A stretch of DNA of 64,000 nucleotides from an uncultured Actinomycetes bacterium (GTDB taxonomy: Bacteria; Actinomycetota; Thermoleophilia; Gaiellales; Gaiellaceae). The stretch lies in the NCBI GenBank assembly GCA_963758125.1, contig CAVWUL010000011.1:73347-137346 (forward strand), written 5' to 3'. The notes under the pieces were generated by a model. It was not told the DNA's origin. It ran no database searches and saw nothing but the letters and a program-made list of their open reading frames with translations. Shown piece after piece: positions 1 through 8,642 of the stretch. Numbering within the stretch: the stretch's first letter is position 1; every line of letters begins with the position of its first letter. A program made the translations under genes and the position numbers.

Positions 1-573
1 GCCGTCACGGTTCGCGCCCACGCCCCCGAGGCCGCGCGGCCCGGCGAGATCGACCACGAGTTTCACCCGGTCACCGCCGACAACAAGCTCCGGAGCCTCG
101 CCGAGCACCTACGGCGCGAGCGCGGCCTCGCCCTCGTCTTCGTGCGCACCAAGCACGGCGCCGACAAGCTCGCCCGCAAGCTCGCGCGCGAGCACGACCA
201 GCGGGCAGCGGTGATGCACGGCAATATGTCTCAGAACGCACGCGAACGCTCGCTTGCTCAGTTCGAATCGGGTCGCGTCACGACGCTCATCGCGACGGAC
301 GTCGCGGCCCGCGGTCTCGACATCGACGACATCACCCACGTCATCAACTTCGACCCGCCCCGCACGGAGGACGACTACGTCCATCGCGTGGGACGGACAG
401 GCCGGGCCGGCCGGTCGGGAACCGGGCTCACGCTCGTGCTCCCGGAGCAGGAGCACGAAGTCGCCAAGCTCGCCGACAAGCTCGGTCACAGCGCAGCGTT
501 CGCCGCCTCGGGAATGCGCGTACGGACAACAACGCCCCGCGGCCCTCAGAGGCAGCGGCGCCGGCGCAGATAG
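1..573 (+). CDS. DEAD/DEAH-box RNA helicase, C-terminal part (5' end lies outside the window)
   Basis: Frame 1 is open from nt 1. The translation has helicase C-domain motifs (LVFVRTKH, ARGLDI, HRVGRTGRAG) and an Arg-rich tail. Same frame as track ORF 142..573. Confidence 0.9.
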   Translation, partial: AVTVRAHAPEAARPGEIDHEFHPVTADNKLRSLAEHLRRERGLALVFVRTKHGADKLARKLAREHDQRAAVMHGNMSQNARERSLAQFESGRVTTLIATDVAARGLDIDDITHVINFDPPRTEDDYVHRVGRTGRAGRSGTGLTLVLPEQEHEVAKLADKLGHSAAFAASGMRVRTTTPRGPQRQRRRRR

Positions 574-594
574 CACCGAAGGGAGAACGACAAC

Positions 595-798
595 ATGGCC
601 TCGAAGCGAAGTCCCCAGACAGCCGCCAAGCGAGCCCGCGAGCAGGCGATGCGCGAGAAGCGGGAGCGGAAGGCCTTGAAGAAGCAGGCCGCGATCGCCG
701 CGAAGAACGCCCCCGAGCCCGTCGAGGGCGAGGAGGAGCTGCTCGAAGGCGAGGAGGAGGCAGAAGCCTCCGACGCCACGCCCGAGACGGCCGAATAA
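595..798 (+). CDS. small Lys/Arg- and Glu-rich protein, family not recognised
   Basis: ATG preceded by a GGGAGAA-type SD. 67 aa with a basic N half and an acidic C half. Followed directly by a strong intrinsic terminator. Confidence 0.55.
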   Translation: MASKRSPQTAAKRAREQAMREKRERKALKKQAAIAAKNAPEPVEGEEELLEGEEEAEASDATPETAE

Positions 799-808
799 CG
801 AAACTCAG

Positions 809-840
809 GCGCCCGCCGGATTCACCCGGCGGGCGCTTTT
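809..840 (+). terminator. rho-independent terminator
   Basis: Perfect 11-bp stem GCGCCCGCCGG/CCGGCGGGCGC, 6-nt loop ATTCAC, then TTTT. Confidence 0.75.
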
Positions 841-977
841 GCTTCAACTAGACTCGGCCCGAGGTCAATGTCGCGAACGGGGCGCGAGTCACGGGTAGGT
901 GCCTACCTCGGGATCGGGCTTCGCTCTGCCCGGCGATCTTGCGTCCACAGCGCCCCCGACAAAAGGAGCAGTCCGAG

Positions 978-3299
978 ATGGCAACGCCGTTCAAGGGCAA
1001 GATCGCTCTCGACGTTCGCGACTCGACGCCCGACTGGGATCCATTCATCCCGGCGCGGGCCCCGGAGGGATCGCCGAACGTCCTGATCGTCCTCTACGAC
1101 GACACGGGCCTCGCGGCCTGGTCGCCCTTCGGCGGGAAGATCGAGATGCCGACGCTCCAGCGGCTCGCCGACAACGGTGTGACCTACTCGCAGTGGCACA
1201 CGACGGCGCTCTGCTCCCCGACCCGCTCTTGCTTCCTCACGGGCCGTAACCACCACCAGAACGGGATGGCCTGCATCACCGAGGGCGCGATCGGCTATCC
1301 CGGCTCGAACGCCCACATCCCGCCGACGTGCGGCACCCTCGCCGAGGTGATGCGCCAGGCCGGTTGGAGCACCTTCTGGCTCGGCAAGAACCACAACGTC
1401 CCCGTCGACGACCTCCACGCCGGGAGCACGAAGGAGACCTGGCCGCTCCATCAGGGCTGGGATCGCTTCTACGGCTTCCTCGGCGGCGAGACGAACCAGT
1501 GGTATCCCGACCTGCACTGCGACAACCACGCGGTCGAGCAGCCCTACCCGCCGGAGGAGGGCTACCACCTCTCGAAGGACCTCGCCGACCAGGCGATCTC
1601 GATGATCCGCGACGTCAAGGCCTCTGCACCGTCACGCCCCTGGTTCATGTGGCTGTGCCCGGGTGCGAACCACGCGCCCCACCACTCGCCACAGGAGTAC
1701 ATCGACAAGTACAAGGGCGTCTTCGACGACGGCTACGAGGCCTACCGCAAGTGGGTCCTGCCGCAGATGATCGAGAAGGGCATCTTCCCCGAGGGCACCG
1801 AGCTCACCGAGATGAACCCGATGCCGGACGGCACCTACTCGCCGCTCGACGACGTGCGGCCATGGGACTCGCTGTCGGCAGATGAGAAGGCGCTCTTCGC
1901 CCGCATGGCAGAGGTCTACGCCGGCATGTCCGAATACACCGATGCCCAGGTCGGGCGCGTGATCGACTACCTCGAGCAGACGGGGCAGCTCGACAACACG
2001 CTCGTCTTCTACTGCGCCGACAACGGCGCCTCGGGCGAAGGCAGCCCGAACGGCTCGGTCAACGAGAACAAGTTCTTCAACGGCTGGCCCGACGAGATGT
2101 CCGAGAACCTGAAGCATCTGGACGACCTCGGCAGCCCGAGCACCTACAACCACTATCCGACCGGCTGGGCGATGGCGTTCTCGACCCCGTTCCGGATGTT
2201 CAAGCGCTACTCCTACCAGGGCGGCATCTCCGACCCGCTCGTGATCCACTGGCCGAAGGGGATCGAGGCGAAGGGCGAGGTCCGCAACCAGTACCACCAC
2301 GCGATCGACATCGTCCCGACGATCCTCGAGTGCTGCGGCCTCGAGTTCCCGAAGACGCTGAACGGCCACGAGCAGGTGCCGCTCCCGGGCGCCTCGATGC
2401 GCTACTCGTTCGATGCGGCCGACGCGCCCACCACGAGGGAGCGCCAGTACTACGCGATGCTCGGCACCCGCGGGATCTGGGAGAAGGGCTGGAAGGCCGT
2501 CACCGTTCACGGCCCCACCTCGGGAATCGGGCACTTCGACGACGACAAGTGGCAGCTCTTCCACACCGACGAGGACCGCTCGGAGGCACACGACCTGGCC
2601 GAGCAGTATCCAGAGAAGCTGCGGGAGCTGATCAAGGCCTGGTTCGAGGAGGCGGAGAAGTTCGACGTCCTGCCCCTCGACGACCGGAAGCCGTACGAGA
2701 TCCTGGCCGACCCGCGCCCGCAGCCCGAGCCGCCGCGCGACACCTATGTCTACTACCCGGACACGGCCGATGTGCCTGAGTCGGTCGCCGTGAACACCCG
2801 CTCGCGCTCGTTCAAGATCCTGGCGGAAGTCGACCTCACGAGCCCGGACGCCGAGGGCGTGGTCTTCGCCCACGGCTCGCGCTTCGGCGGGCACGCGCTC
2901 TTCCTGAAGGAGCAGAAGCTCTGGTACGTCTACAACTTCCTCGGGATCCCGCCCGAGCAGCAGTTCGTCTCGGAGAGACTCGAGCTGGGCAAGCACGTGC
3001 TCGGGATGGAGTTCACGAAGGAATCGACGGGCGAGCACGGCGAGGGGATCGGAACGACGAACCTCTACGTCGACGACGAGATCGTGGCGACGGGCCCGAT
3101 GCGAACACAGCTCGCGCAGTTCACGCTCTGCGGCGACGGGTTGTGCGTCGGCAGGGACTCTGCCGATGCGGTTTCGAAGGAGTACCGCTCTCCGGCGCGG
3201 TTCAAGGGTGGGACGATCGACCAGGTCGAGATTCACGTCGGCGACGACCAGTACATCGACCTCGAGCAGCAGGCCGCCGCGATGATGGCGCGCGAGTAG
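978..3299 (+). CDS. arylsulfatase (type I sulfatase, formylglycine-dependent)
   Basis: ATG with AAGGAG 9 nt upstream. CSPTRSCFLTGRNHHQNG carries the C-x-P-x-R formylglycine site. Sulfatase N-domain is visible (VLYDDTG, GKNH). Confidence 0.9.
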   Translation: MATPFKGKIALDVRDSTPDWDPFIPARAPEGSPNVLIVLYDDTGLAAWSPFGGKIEMPTLQRLADNGVTYSQWHTTALCSPTRSCFLTGRNHHQNGMACITEGAIGYPGSNAHIPPTCGTLAEVMRQAGWSTFWLGKNHNVPVDDLHAGSTKETWPLHQGWDRFYGFLGGETNQWYPDLHCDNHAVEQPYPPEEGYHLSKDLADQAISMIRDVKASAPSRPWFMWLCPGANHAPHHSPQEYIDKYKGVFDDGYEAYRKWVLPQMIEKGIFPEGTELTEMNPMPDGTYSPLDDVRPWDSLSADEKALFARMAEVYAGMSEYTDAQVGRVIDYLEQTGQLDNTLVFYCADNGASGEGSPNGSVNENKFFNGWPDEMSENLKHLDDLGSPSTYNHYPTGWAMAFSTPFRMFKRYSYQGGISDPLVIHWPKGIEAKGEVRNQYHHAIDIVPTILECCGLEFPKTLNGHEQVPLPGASMRYSFDAADAPTTRERQYYAMLGTRGIWEKGWKAVTVHGPTSGIGHFDDDKWQLFHTDEDRSEAHDLAEQYPEKLRELIKAWFEEAEKFDVLPLDDRKPYEILADPRPQPEPPRDTYVYYPDTADVPESVAVNTRSRSFKILAEVDLTSPDAEGVVFAHGSRFGGHALFLKEQKLWYVYNFLGIPPEQQFVSERLELGKHVLGMEFTKESTGEHGEGIGTTNLYVDDEIVATGPMRTQLAQFTLCGDGLCVGRDSADAVSKEYRSPARFKGGTIDQVEIHVGDDQYIDLEQQAAAMMARE

Positions 3300-3307
3300 C
3301 CTGAGCC

Positions 3308-3985
3308 GTGGGCCAGGCAATCGGGGACTTCCTGCCGTCCGCGCTCGGGGTGGCGATCAGCCCACTGCCGATCATCGCCGTGGTGCTGATGCTCGTCACC
3401 CCGCACGGGCGCGTGAACGGCCCGCTGTTCGTGGTCGGCTGGGGGATCGGGCTTGCGATCGTCGGGGTGCTCGTGCTCTCGGTGGCGGGCAGCGCCGGCG
3501 CCACGGACAGCAGCGGGCCCGCGACCTGGGTCGACTGGCTGTTCCTCGTGCTCGGGCTCGGCCTCGTCGGCCTCGGGGCGAAGCAATGGCGGGGGCGACC
3601 GCAGGGAGACGACGAGCCGGTGACCCCGAAGTGGATGGGGGCGCTCGACCACTTCACGCCTGTGAAGTCGGCGGGCGCCGGGGTCGTCCTCTCGGCGCTG
3701 AACCCGAAGAACCTGCTGCTGGCGCTCGCCGCCGGGATCGCGATTGCCGACGAGGGGATCTCGCCCGGCGAGGAGATCGCCTCCTACGTCGTCTTCGTCC
3801 TGATCGCCTCGATCGGCGTTGCGACGCCTCTCGTGATCTTCTTCGCGACGGGCGACCGCTCGGCAGAGCTCCTCGGGCGCCTGAAGACCTGGCTCGGGCA
3901 CAACAACGCGGTGATCATGGCTGTGCTGCTGCTCGTGATCGGCGTGAAGCTGATCGGGAACGCGATCTCGGGCTTCTCCAACTAG
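3308..3985 (+). CDS. GAP-family (Sap-like, DUF2910-type) multi-pass membrane protein
   Basis: GTG start 8 nt after the sulfatase stop. 225 aa and hydrophobic throughout. N-terminus IGDFLPSALGVAISPLPIIAVVLML resembles the GAP/Sap family. Confidence 0.7.
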   Translation: MGQAIGDFLPSALGVAISPLPIIAVVLMLVTPHGRVNGPLFVVGWGIGLAIVGVLVLSVAGSAGATDSSGPATWVDWLFLVLGLGLVGLGAKQWRGRPQGDDEPVTPKWMGALDHFTPVKSAGAGVVLSALNPKNLLLALAAGIAIADEGISPGEEIASYVVFVLIASIGVATPLVIFFATGDRSAELLGRLKTWLGHNNAVIMAVLLLVIGVKLIGNAISGFSN

Positions 3986-3995
3986 CGTTCCCGCG

Positions 3996-5696
3996 ATGAG
4001 GCTGCCGGTCTACGGCTGGGTCCCCGGCTACGACCGCAGATGGCTGCGCGGCGACGTGATCGCGGGGCTGACCGTTTGGGCGGTGCTCGTGCCGGAGGCC
4101 CTCGCGTATGCCTCGATCGCCGGGGTCTCACCGGTGATCGGTCTCTATGCGGCGCCGGGGGCGCTGATCTTCTACGCCGCGTTCGGTAGCTCGCGTCACC
4201 TCGTCACCGGGCCGATGGCGGCGACGGCGGCGCTGTCGGCGGCCGCGGTCGGCGATCTCGCCGCACCGGGCAGCAACGAGTTCCTGCAGCTCACGATCAC
4301 GCTGGGGCTCGTCGTCGGCGCGCTTGCGGTCGTGGCCGGCCTGCTCCGGCTCGGCTTTCTCGCGAACTTCATCTCCGAGCCCGTGTTGAAGGGGTTCATC
4401 GTCGGGCTCGCGCTCACGATCATCATCGGCCAGGTGCCGAAGCTCTTCGGCATCCCGAAGGGCGAGGGCGACTTCTTCCGACAGGCCTGGGACTTTCTGA
4501 CGAACCTCGGAGAGACGAGCGGGATCACGCTGCTCGTCGGAGCGCTGTCGCTCGTGCTGGTCGTCGCGCTGAAGGAGTACGCGCCGGTCGTCCCGGGGTC
4601 GCTCGTCGCCGTGCTCGCCGGGATCCTGGCGGTGCGGATCTTCCACCTGGAGGATCACGGCGTGGAGATCGTCGGGGAGATCAAGAGCGGGCTCCCGTCG
4701 CTCGGGCTTCCCGACGTCGCCGCGCACCGCTACCTCGACCTGGCGCCCGCGGCGATCGGGGTGATGCTGGTCGGCTTCGCGGAGAGCCTCGGTGCAGCGA
4801 AGACGTACGCGGCCCGCGACCACTACGAGATCGACGCGAACCGCGAGCTGCTCGGGCTCGGCGCGGCGAACCTCGCCTCCGGGTTCTCGAGCGGGATGGT
4901 CGTGAACGGGAGCCTCTCGAAGACGGCGGTCAACGCCTCGGCGGGTGCGAAATCGCTCGCCTCGGGGCTCGTCGTTGCCGCGCTCACCGTGGTCACGCTG
5001 CTCTTCCTGACCGGCCTCTTCGAGAAGCTGCCCGAGGCGACGCTCGCCGCCGTCGTGATCGCGGCGCTCGTCGAGCTCGTCGACATCCGCTCGCTCGTCC
5101 GGTTCTACCGGCTCTACACGGTCGAGCTCGGCAACGTGTACGGCTTCGCCGCGCGCCCTGACTTCATCGCCGCGATCGCCGCGATGCTCGGCGTGCTCAT
5201 CTTCGACACGCTGCCGGGCCTCTTCATCGGCATCTTCGTCTCGGCCCTGCTGCTGCTCTACCGGGCATCACGACCGAACGTCGCGGTGCTCGGGCGCGTA
5301 CCGGGCACCGCCGACCAGTGGGGCGATCGCGCGCGCCACGCCGAGAACACACCGGCCTCGGGGATCGTCGTCCTCCGTCCCGAGAGCGGCCTCTTCTTCG
5401 CGAACGCCGACGCAGTCCGCGACCGGATCCGCCACCAGGCCGAGACGAGGGGAACTCGCGCGATCGTCCTGGACGCCGAGACGATGCCCTACATCGACCT
5501 CACCGCCGCAAACATGCTCACCGAGCTCGAACGCGACCTCGAGCGGGCGGGGATCAAGCTCGTCCTCGCCCGTGACATCGGCCAGGTGAGAGACGTCCTG
5601 CGCACCGCCGCGGAAGATAGCTCGGGCCCGGCTGCCTACCCCACCGTCCAGGCGGCGGTCGATGCCCTCGGCGAGACGCCTGCCGGTTCTCACTGA
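3996..5696 (+). CDS. SulP-family sulfate/anion permease with C-terminal STAS domain
   Basis: 566 aa. SulP N-terminal signature (LRGDVIAGLTVWAVLVPEALAYASIAG), a multi-TM core and a STAS-like tail (IVVLRPESGLFFANADAVRDRI). Confidence 0.9.
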   Translation: MRLPVYGWVPGYDRRWLRGDVIAGLTVWAVLVPEALAYASIAGVSPVIGLYAAPGALIFYAAFGSSRHLVTGPMAATAALSAAAVGDLAAPGSNEFLQLTITLGLVVGALAVVAGLLRLGFLANFISEPVLKGFIVGLALTIIIGQVPKLFGIPKGEGDFFRQAWDFLTNLGETSGITLLVGALSLVLVVALKEYAPVVPGSLVAVLAGILAVRIFHLEDHGVEIVGEIKSGLPSLGLPDVAAHRYLDLAPAAIGVMLVGFAESLGAAKTYAARDHYEIDANRELLGLGAANLASGFSSGMVVNGSLSKTAVNASAGAKSLASGLVVAALTVVTLLFLTGLFEKLPEATLAAVVIAALVELVDIRSLVRFYRLYTVELGNVYGFAARPDFIAAIAAMLGVLIFDTLPGLFIGIFVSALLLLYRASRPNVAVLGRVPGTADQWGDRARHAENTPASGIVVLRPESGLFFANADAVRDRIRHQAETRGTRAIVLDAETMPYIDLTAANMLTELERDLERAGIKLVLARDIGQVRDVLRTAAEDSSGPAAYPTVQAAVDALGETPAGSH

Positions 5697-5761
5697 GGCG
5701 CGACCCCACGGCACTCAGCCGTGAAACGGCCACCTCAACCGTGTGGACGAACCGTCACACC

Positions 5762-5786
5762 GGCGTTACAACCGTAAAGAGGTCTG
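5762..5786. repeat. 25-nt direct repeat, copy 1 (GGCGTTACAACCGTAAAGAGGTCTG)
   Basis: Identical 25-mer recurs at 5883..5907 inside the SulP/FGE convergent spacer. Similarity continues about 20 nt further. Confidence 0.85.
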
Positions 5787-5882
5787 GCACCTTTACAAAG
5801 AACCGCGGCAAGCGCCGAGACCAGACGTCGCTCCATTCCGCTCGGTTTCGCACTCGCCGAGCCAGACTTCGGCTGTGGCCGA

Positions 5883-5907
5883 GGCGTTACAACCGTAAAG
5901 AGGTCTG
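5883..5907. repeat. 25-nt direct repeat, copy 2
   Basis: Exact copy of 5762..5786, 121 nt downstream. Confidence 0.85.
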
Positions 5908-5958
5908 ACCCCTTTGCAGACGGCCCGCGGAAACGGCCTGTGGAAGAAGCGGGCGGCC

Positions 5959-6882
5959 TCAGGGCCGCAGGATGCAGCGGAAGCCGATGTGGCTCGTCGA
6001 GGTGTCGACGGCCTCGCCCTGACGCGCCGCGGGACGGTAGCGGAGGCAGTAGTTCGGGGCGCAGAGGTGCGAGCCACCCTTGATCACGCGCCGCGGGAAT
6101 CGCTCCCCCTCGAGAAGCGGCGGCGCGCAGCACGGCGAGCTCGTGGCGGCGCCCGGCGAGGCGCTGAACCAACTCGTCGTCCACTCCCACACGTTCCCGC
6201 AGACGTCGCTCAGGCCGTATCCGTTCGGAGCAAACGAGCCCACCGGGGAGGTGCCCTCGTAGCCGTCGAGCTTCAGGTTCTGCCAGGGAAACTCGCCCTG
6301 CCAGGTATTCGCCGCCGGCTTGCCGCCCGGGAAGTGCTCGTTGCCCCAGGCGAACGTCTTGCCCTCGAGCCCTCCGCGCGCCGCGTACTCCCACTCGTCC
6401 TCGGCCGCCAGCGACTTCCCCGCCCACGCCGCATAGGCCTCGGCGTCCTCGAAGGCCACGTGAACGACCGGATGGTGATCGCGGCCGTTCGTCGTCGTCC
6501 GGGGCCCACCCGGCCGCTTCCAGTACGCGCCCGGAACGTACTCCCACCAGCTCCGCACGTCGTCGAGCCGAACGGGGCCTGGGGTCTTCCGGAAGACGAG
6601 CGAGCCGGGGACGAGCAGCGCCGGGTCCGCATCCGGGTAGTCGGCCGGAACGAGCGGCCGCTCCGCCAGCGTCACGTACCCCGTCTCCCGAACGAACCTC
6701 CGGAACTCCACGACGGTCACCGGATGCTCGTCGGCCCAGAACCCGCCGACCGAGACCTCCCGCACCGGCCCCTCTTCCGGATAGAAGGCCTCCGAGCCCA
6801 TGAGGAACGTCCCGCCGGGAATCCATCGCATCCCCACCGGCGCCGGAGCCGTCTCCGAGGGAGGCGAGGCCGAAGCAGTCAC
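5959..6882 (-). CDS. formylglycine-generating enzyme (FGE-sulfatase/SUMF1 family)
   Basis: 307 aa. RWIPGGTFLMGS, WADEHPVT, NVWEWT and C-terminal GGSHLCAPNYCLRYRPAAR are typical of the FGE domain. GTG start. Confidence 0.9.
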   Translation of the reverse strand: MTASASPPSETAPAPVGMRWIPGGTFLMGSEAFYPEEGPVREVSVGGFWADEHPVTVVEFRRFVRETGYVTLAERPLVPADYPDADPALLVPGSLVFRKTPGPVRLDDVRSWWEYVPGAYWKRPGGPRTTTNGRDHHPVVHVAFEDAEAYAAWAGKSLAAEDEWEYAARGGLEGKTFAWGNEHFPGGKPAANTWQGEFPWQNLKLDGYEGTSPVGSFAPNGYGLSDVCGNVWEWTTSWFSASPGAATSSPCCAPPLLEGERFPRRVIKGGSHLCAPNYCLRYRPAARQGEAVDTSTSHIGFRCILRP

Positions 6883-6947
6883 GCGTTCAGCCTACTCACG
6901 CGAGCCGTAGGCGACGCCCGCGGGCCTTCAAACCTCCAGCGCCGGGG

Positions 6948-7226
6948 GGCCGAAGAAGCCCAGGCCCGAAACGCTTAGACCAGGGGACAGGCCCCTGGAC
7001 ATGGCCAAAGAAGCCGAGGCCCGCAACGCTTAGACCGGGGACAGGCCCCCGGACATGGCCAAAGAAGCCGAGGCCCGCAACGCTTAGACCAGGGGACAGG
7101 CCCCCGGACATGGCCAAAGAAGCCGAGGCCCGAAACGCTTAGACCAGGGGACAGGCCCCCGGACATGGCCAAAGAAGCCGAGGCCCGAAACGCTTAGACC
7201 AGGGGACAGGCCCCTGGACATGGCCT
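6948..7226. repeat. tandem array of a 54-55 bp unit (4 full copies plus 2 partial)
   Basis: Unit CGCTTAGACCAGGGGACAGGCCCCTGGACATGGCCAAAGAAGCCGAGGCCCGAAA begins at 6972, 7027, 7081, 7136 and 7191. A degenerate partial copy starts at 6948. Each unit holds a CCAGGGG-N5-CCCCTGG hairpin. Confidence 0.9.
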
Positions 7227-7243
7227 TCGAGGACGAGGCGAAT

Positions 7244-8605
7244 CTAGGCGGGTTGCGGCTCTGGCTGGTGCTCCGGCTTCGGGGACGCCGGTTCGAGGAG
7301 GGAGATCGTCAGCCACGCTGCTGCAGCCGCCAGCACGACCGCCGGAACGGCGTCTGCGCCCTGAAGGCCGACGAGGAGCGAGCCGAAGAGGATCGAGGTG
7401 AGCAGGAGGCGCGTCGTCGCGCACATGCCGGCGGCCGCGCCGGCAGCGACTGCCAGGGTCGGTGAGACGCTGAACCAGTCGACGGCGAACGTCGCAACCG
7501 CGATCCCGAGGAAGATCGCCGGAAACACCGGGCCGCCCCTGAAGCCGCAGCCGAGGCAGACCGCGTACGCGAGCCCCTTCGCGACCACGAGGATCACGAG
7601 GACCTTCGTCGAGGCCGGCATTGCGAGGGCCGGAACCGATGCCTGCCCCGAGAAGAGGACGTCCTGTGAGCTCGCGCCGAGCAGCTCGGCCAGCTCGGCG
7701 AGCGCCCCGACCGCAAGCCCGCCGAGCAGGAGCAGACCCGCGATGCCGAGCCGCTCGACCCCGGCGACGAGCCGCCCGAGCCGCCGAATCGGAGCGATCA
7801 GGACCGCGGTGGCTATCCCGGTAGCGATCGCGACCAGCAGGTCGTAGATGTGCGTCCCGTGGTAGGGCGGCAGTCCGGGGACGGTCAGTCCCGGGAGGTT
7901 CAACCCGCCCCAGTGACCGAACCCGATGAAGATCACGTAGCCGACCGCGGCGGCGACGAACCCCGGCAGGAGCGCCGGGATCAGTGCGGCCCCGAGCGTC
8001 GGCGCTCCGGCCTCCACCATCATCACGCCGCCCACGATCGGGCCCCCGAAGAGGGCCGAGATCGCCGAGAACGATCCGGCGCCCGCCAGCGCCGCCCTCA
8101 CCCGCCCCGTCACCCGGAGCAGGGGCGCGAAGGCCAGGGCCGCGACCGACCCGAGCGCGATCAGCGGCCCCTCCGGCCCGAGCACGGCACCGAACCCGAG
8201 CGTTCCGAGCGCCGCAAGCGCGACTCCGGGCCCGTGCGCGAAAGGGGTCGGGCTCGCGTTGATCCCTTCGATCGGCGGATGCCCGCCGTCGCCGGGAAGC
8301 AGCGTGCGGGCGAGGAAGACCACGACGGCGCCCACCACGGGAAGCCCGAGCACGAGAAACCACGGCGGCGAGGAGTAGCCCAGGCGACCCGGCAGATCGT
8401 CCCAGAGCCAGCCTTCGAGATCGTGGGAGAATGCGAGGAAGAGCGCGGCGACGAGCGCCGCCGGGATCCCGATCAGCGCCGCGAACCCGACGAGCCGCAG
8501 GTACTCCAATCCGCTGGGCGCCTCCTCCCGTGACGGTGTTGCTTCCGCCACACGTGCGTCCGGGCTCATTCCTCGCACGTTACGGCCTCCAGCGGCCGAA
8601 CGCAC
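7244..8605 (-). CDS. ClC-family voltage-gated chloride channel / H+-Cl- antiporter
   Basis: 453 aa multi-TM protein. GPEGPLIALGS (GxEGP-like) and GFRGGPVFPAIFLG (GxFxP-like) motifs. Start is uncertain: GTG at 8605 or ATG at 8569. Confidence 0.85.
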   Translation of the reverse strand: MRSAAGGRNVRGMSPDARVAEATPSREEAPSGLEYLRLVGFAALIGIPAALVAALFLAFSHDLEGWLWDDLPGRLGYSSPPWFLVLGLPVVGAVVVFLARTLLPGDGGHPPIEGINASPTPFAHGPGVALAALGTLGFGAVLGPEGPLIALGSVAALAFAPLLRVTGRVRAALAGAGSFSAISALFGGPIVGGVMMVEAGAPTLGAALIPALLPGFVAAAVGYVIFIGFGHWGGLNLPGLTVPGLPPYHGTHIYDLLVAIATGIATAVLIAPIRRLGRLVAGVERLGIAGLLLLGGLAVGALAELAELLGASSQDVLFSGQASVPALAMPASTKVLVILVVAKGLAYAVCLGCGFRGGPVFPAIFLGIAVATFAVDWFSVSPTLAVAAGAAAGMCATTRLLLTSILFGSLLVGLQGADAVPAVVLAAAAAWLTISLLEPASPKPEHQPEPQPA

Positions 8606-8642
8606 CGCGAGCAGCGTTCGACAGGTCGTCTAAGCTCCGCCC

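Noticed and set aside
6896-7172. Two minus-strand ORFs (73 and 65 aa) with repetitive GLSPGLSV..GLGFFGHV peptides
   Set aside because: They are read-throughs of the 55-bp tandem array. The period is not a multiple of 3, so the 'protein' just cycles through frames. There is no SD or independent coding signal.
6948-7226. Possible CRISPR array
   Set aside because: The units abut each other with no unique spacers. The unit is 55 bp with only a 7-bp hairpin. No cas genes are in the window.
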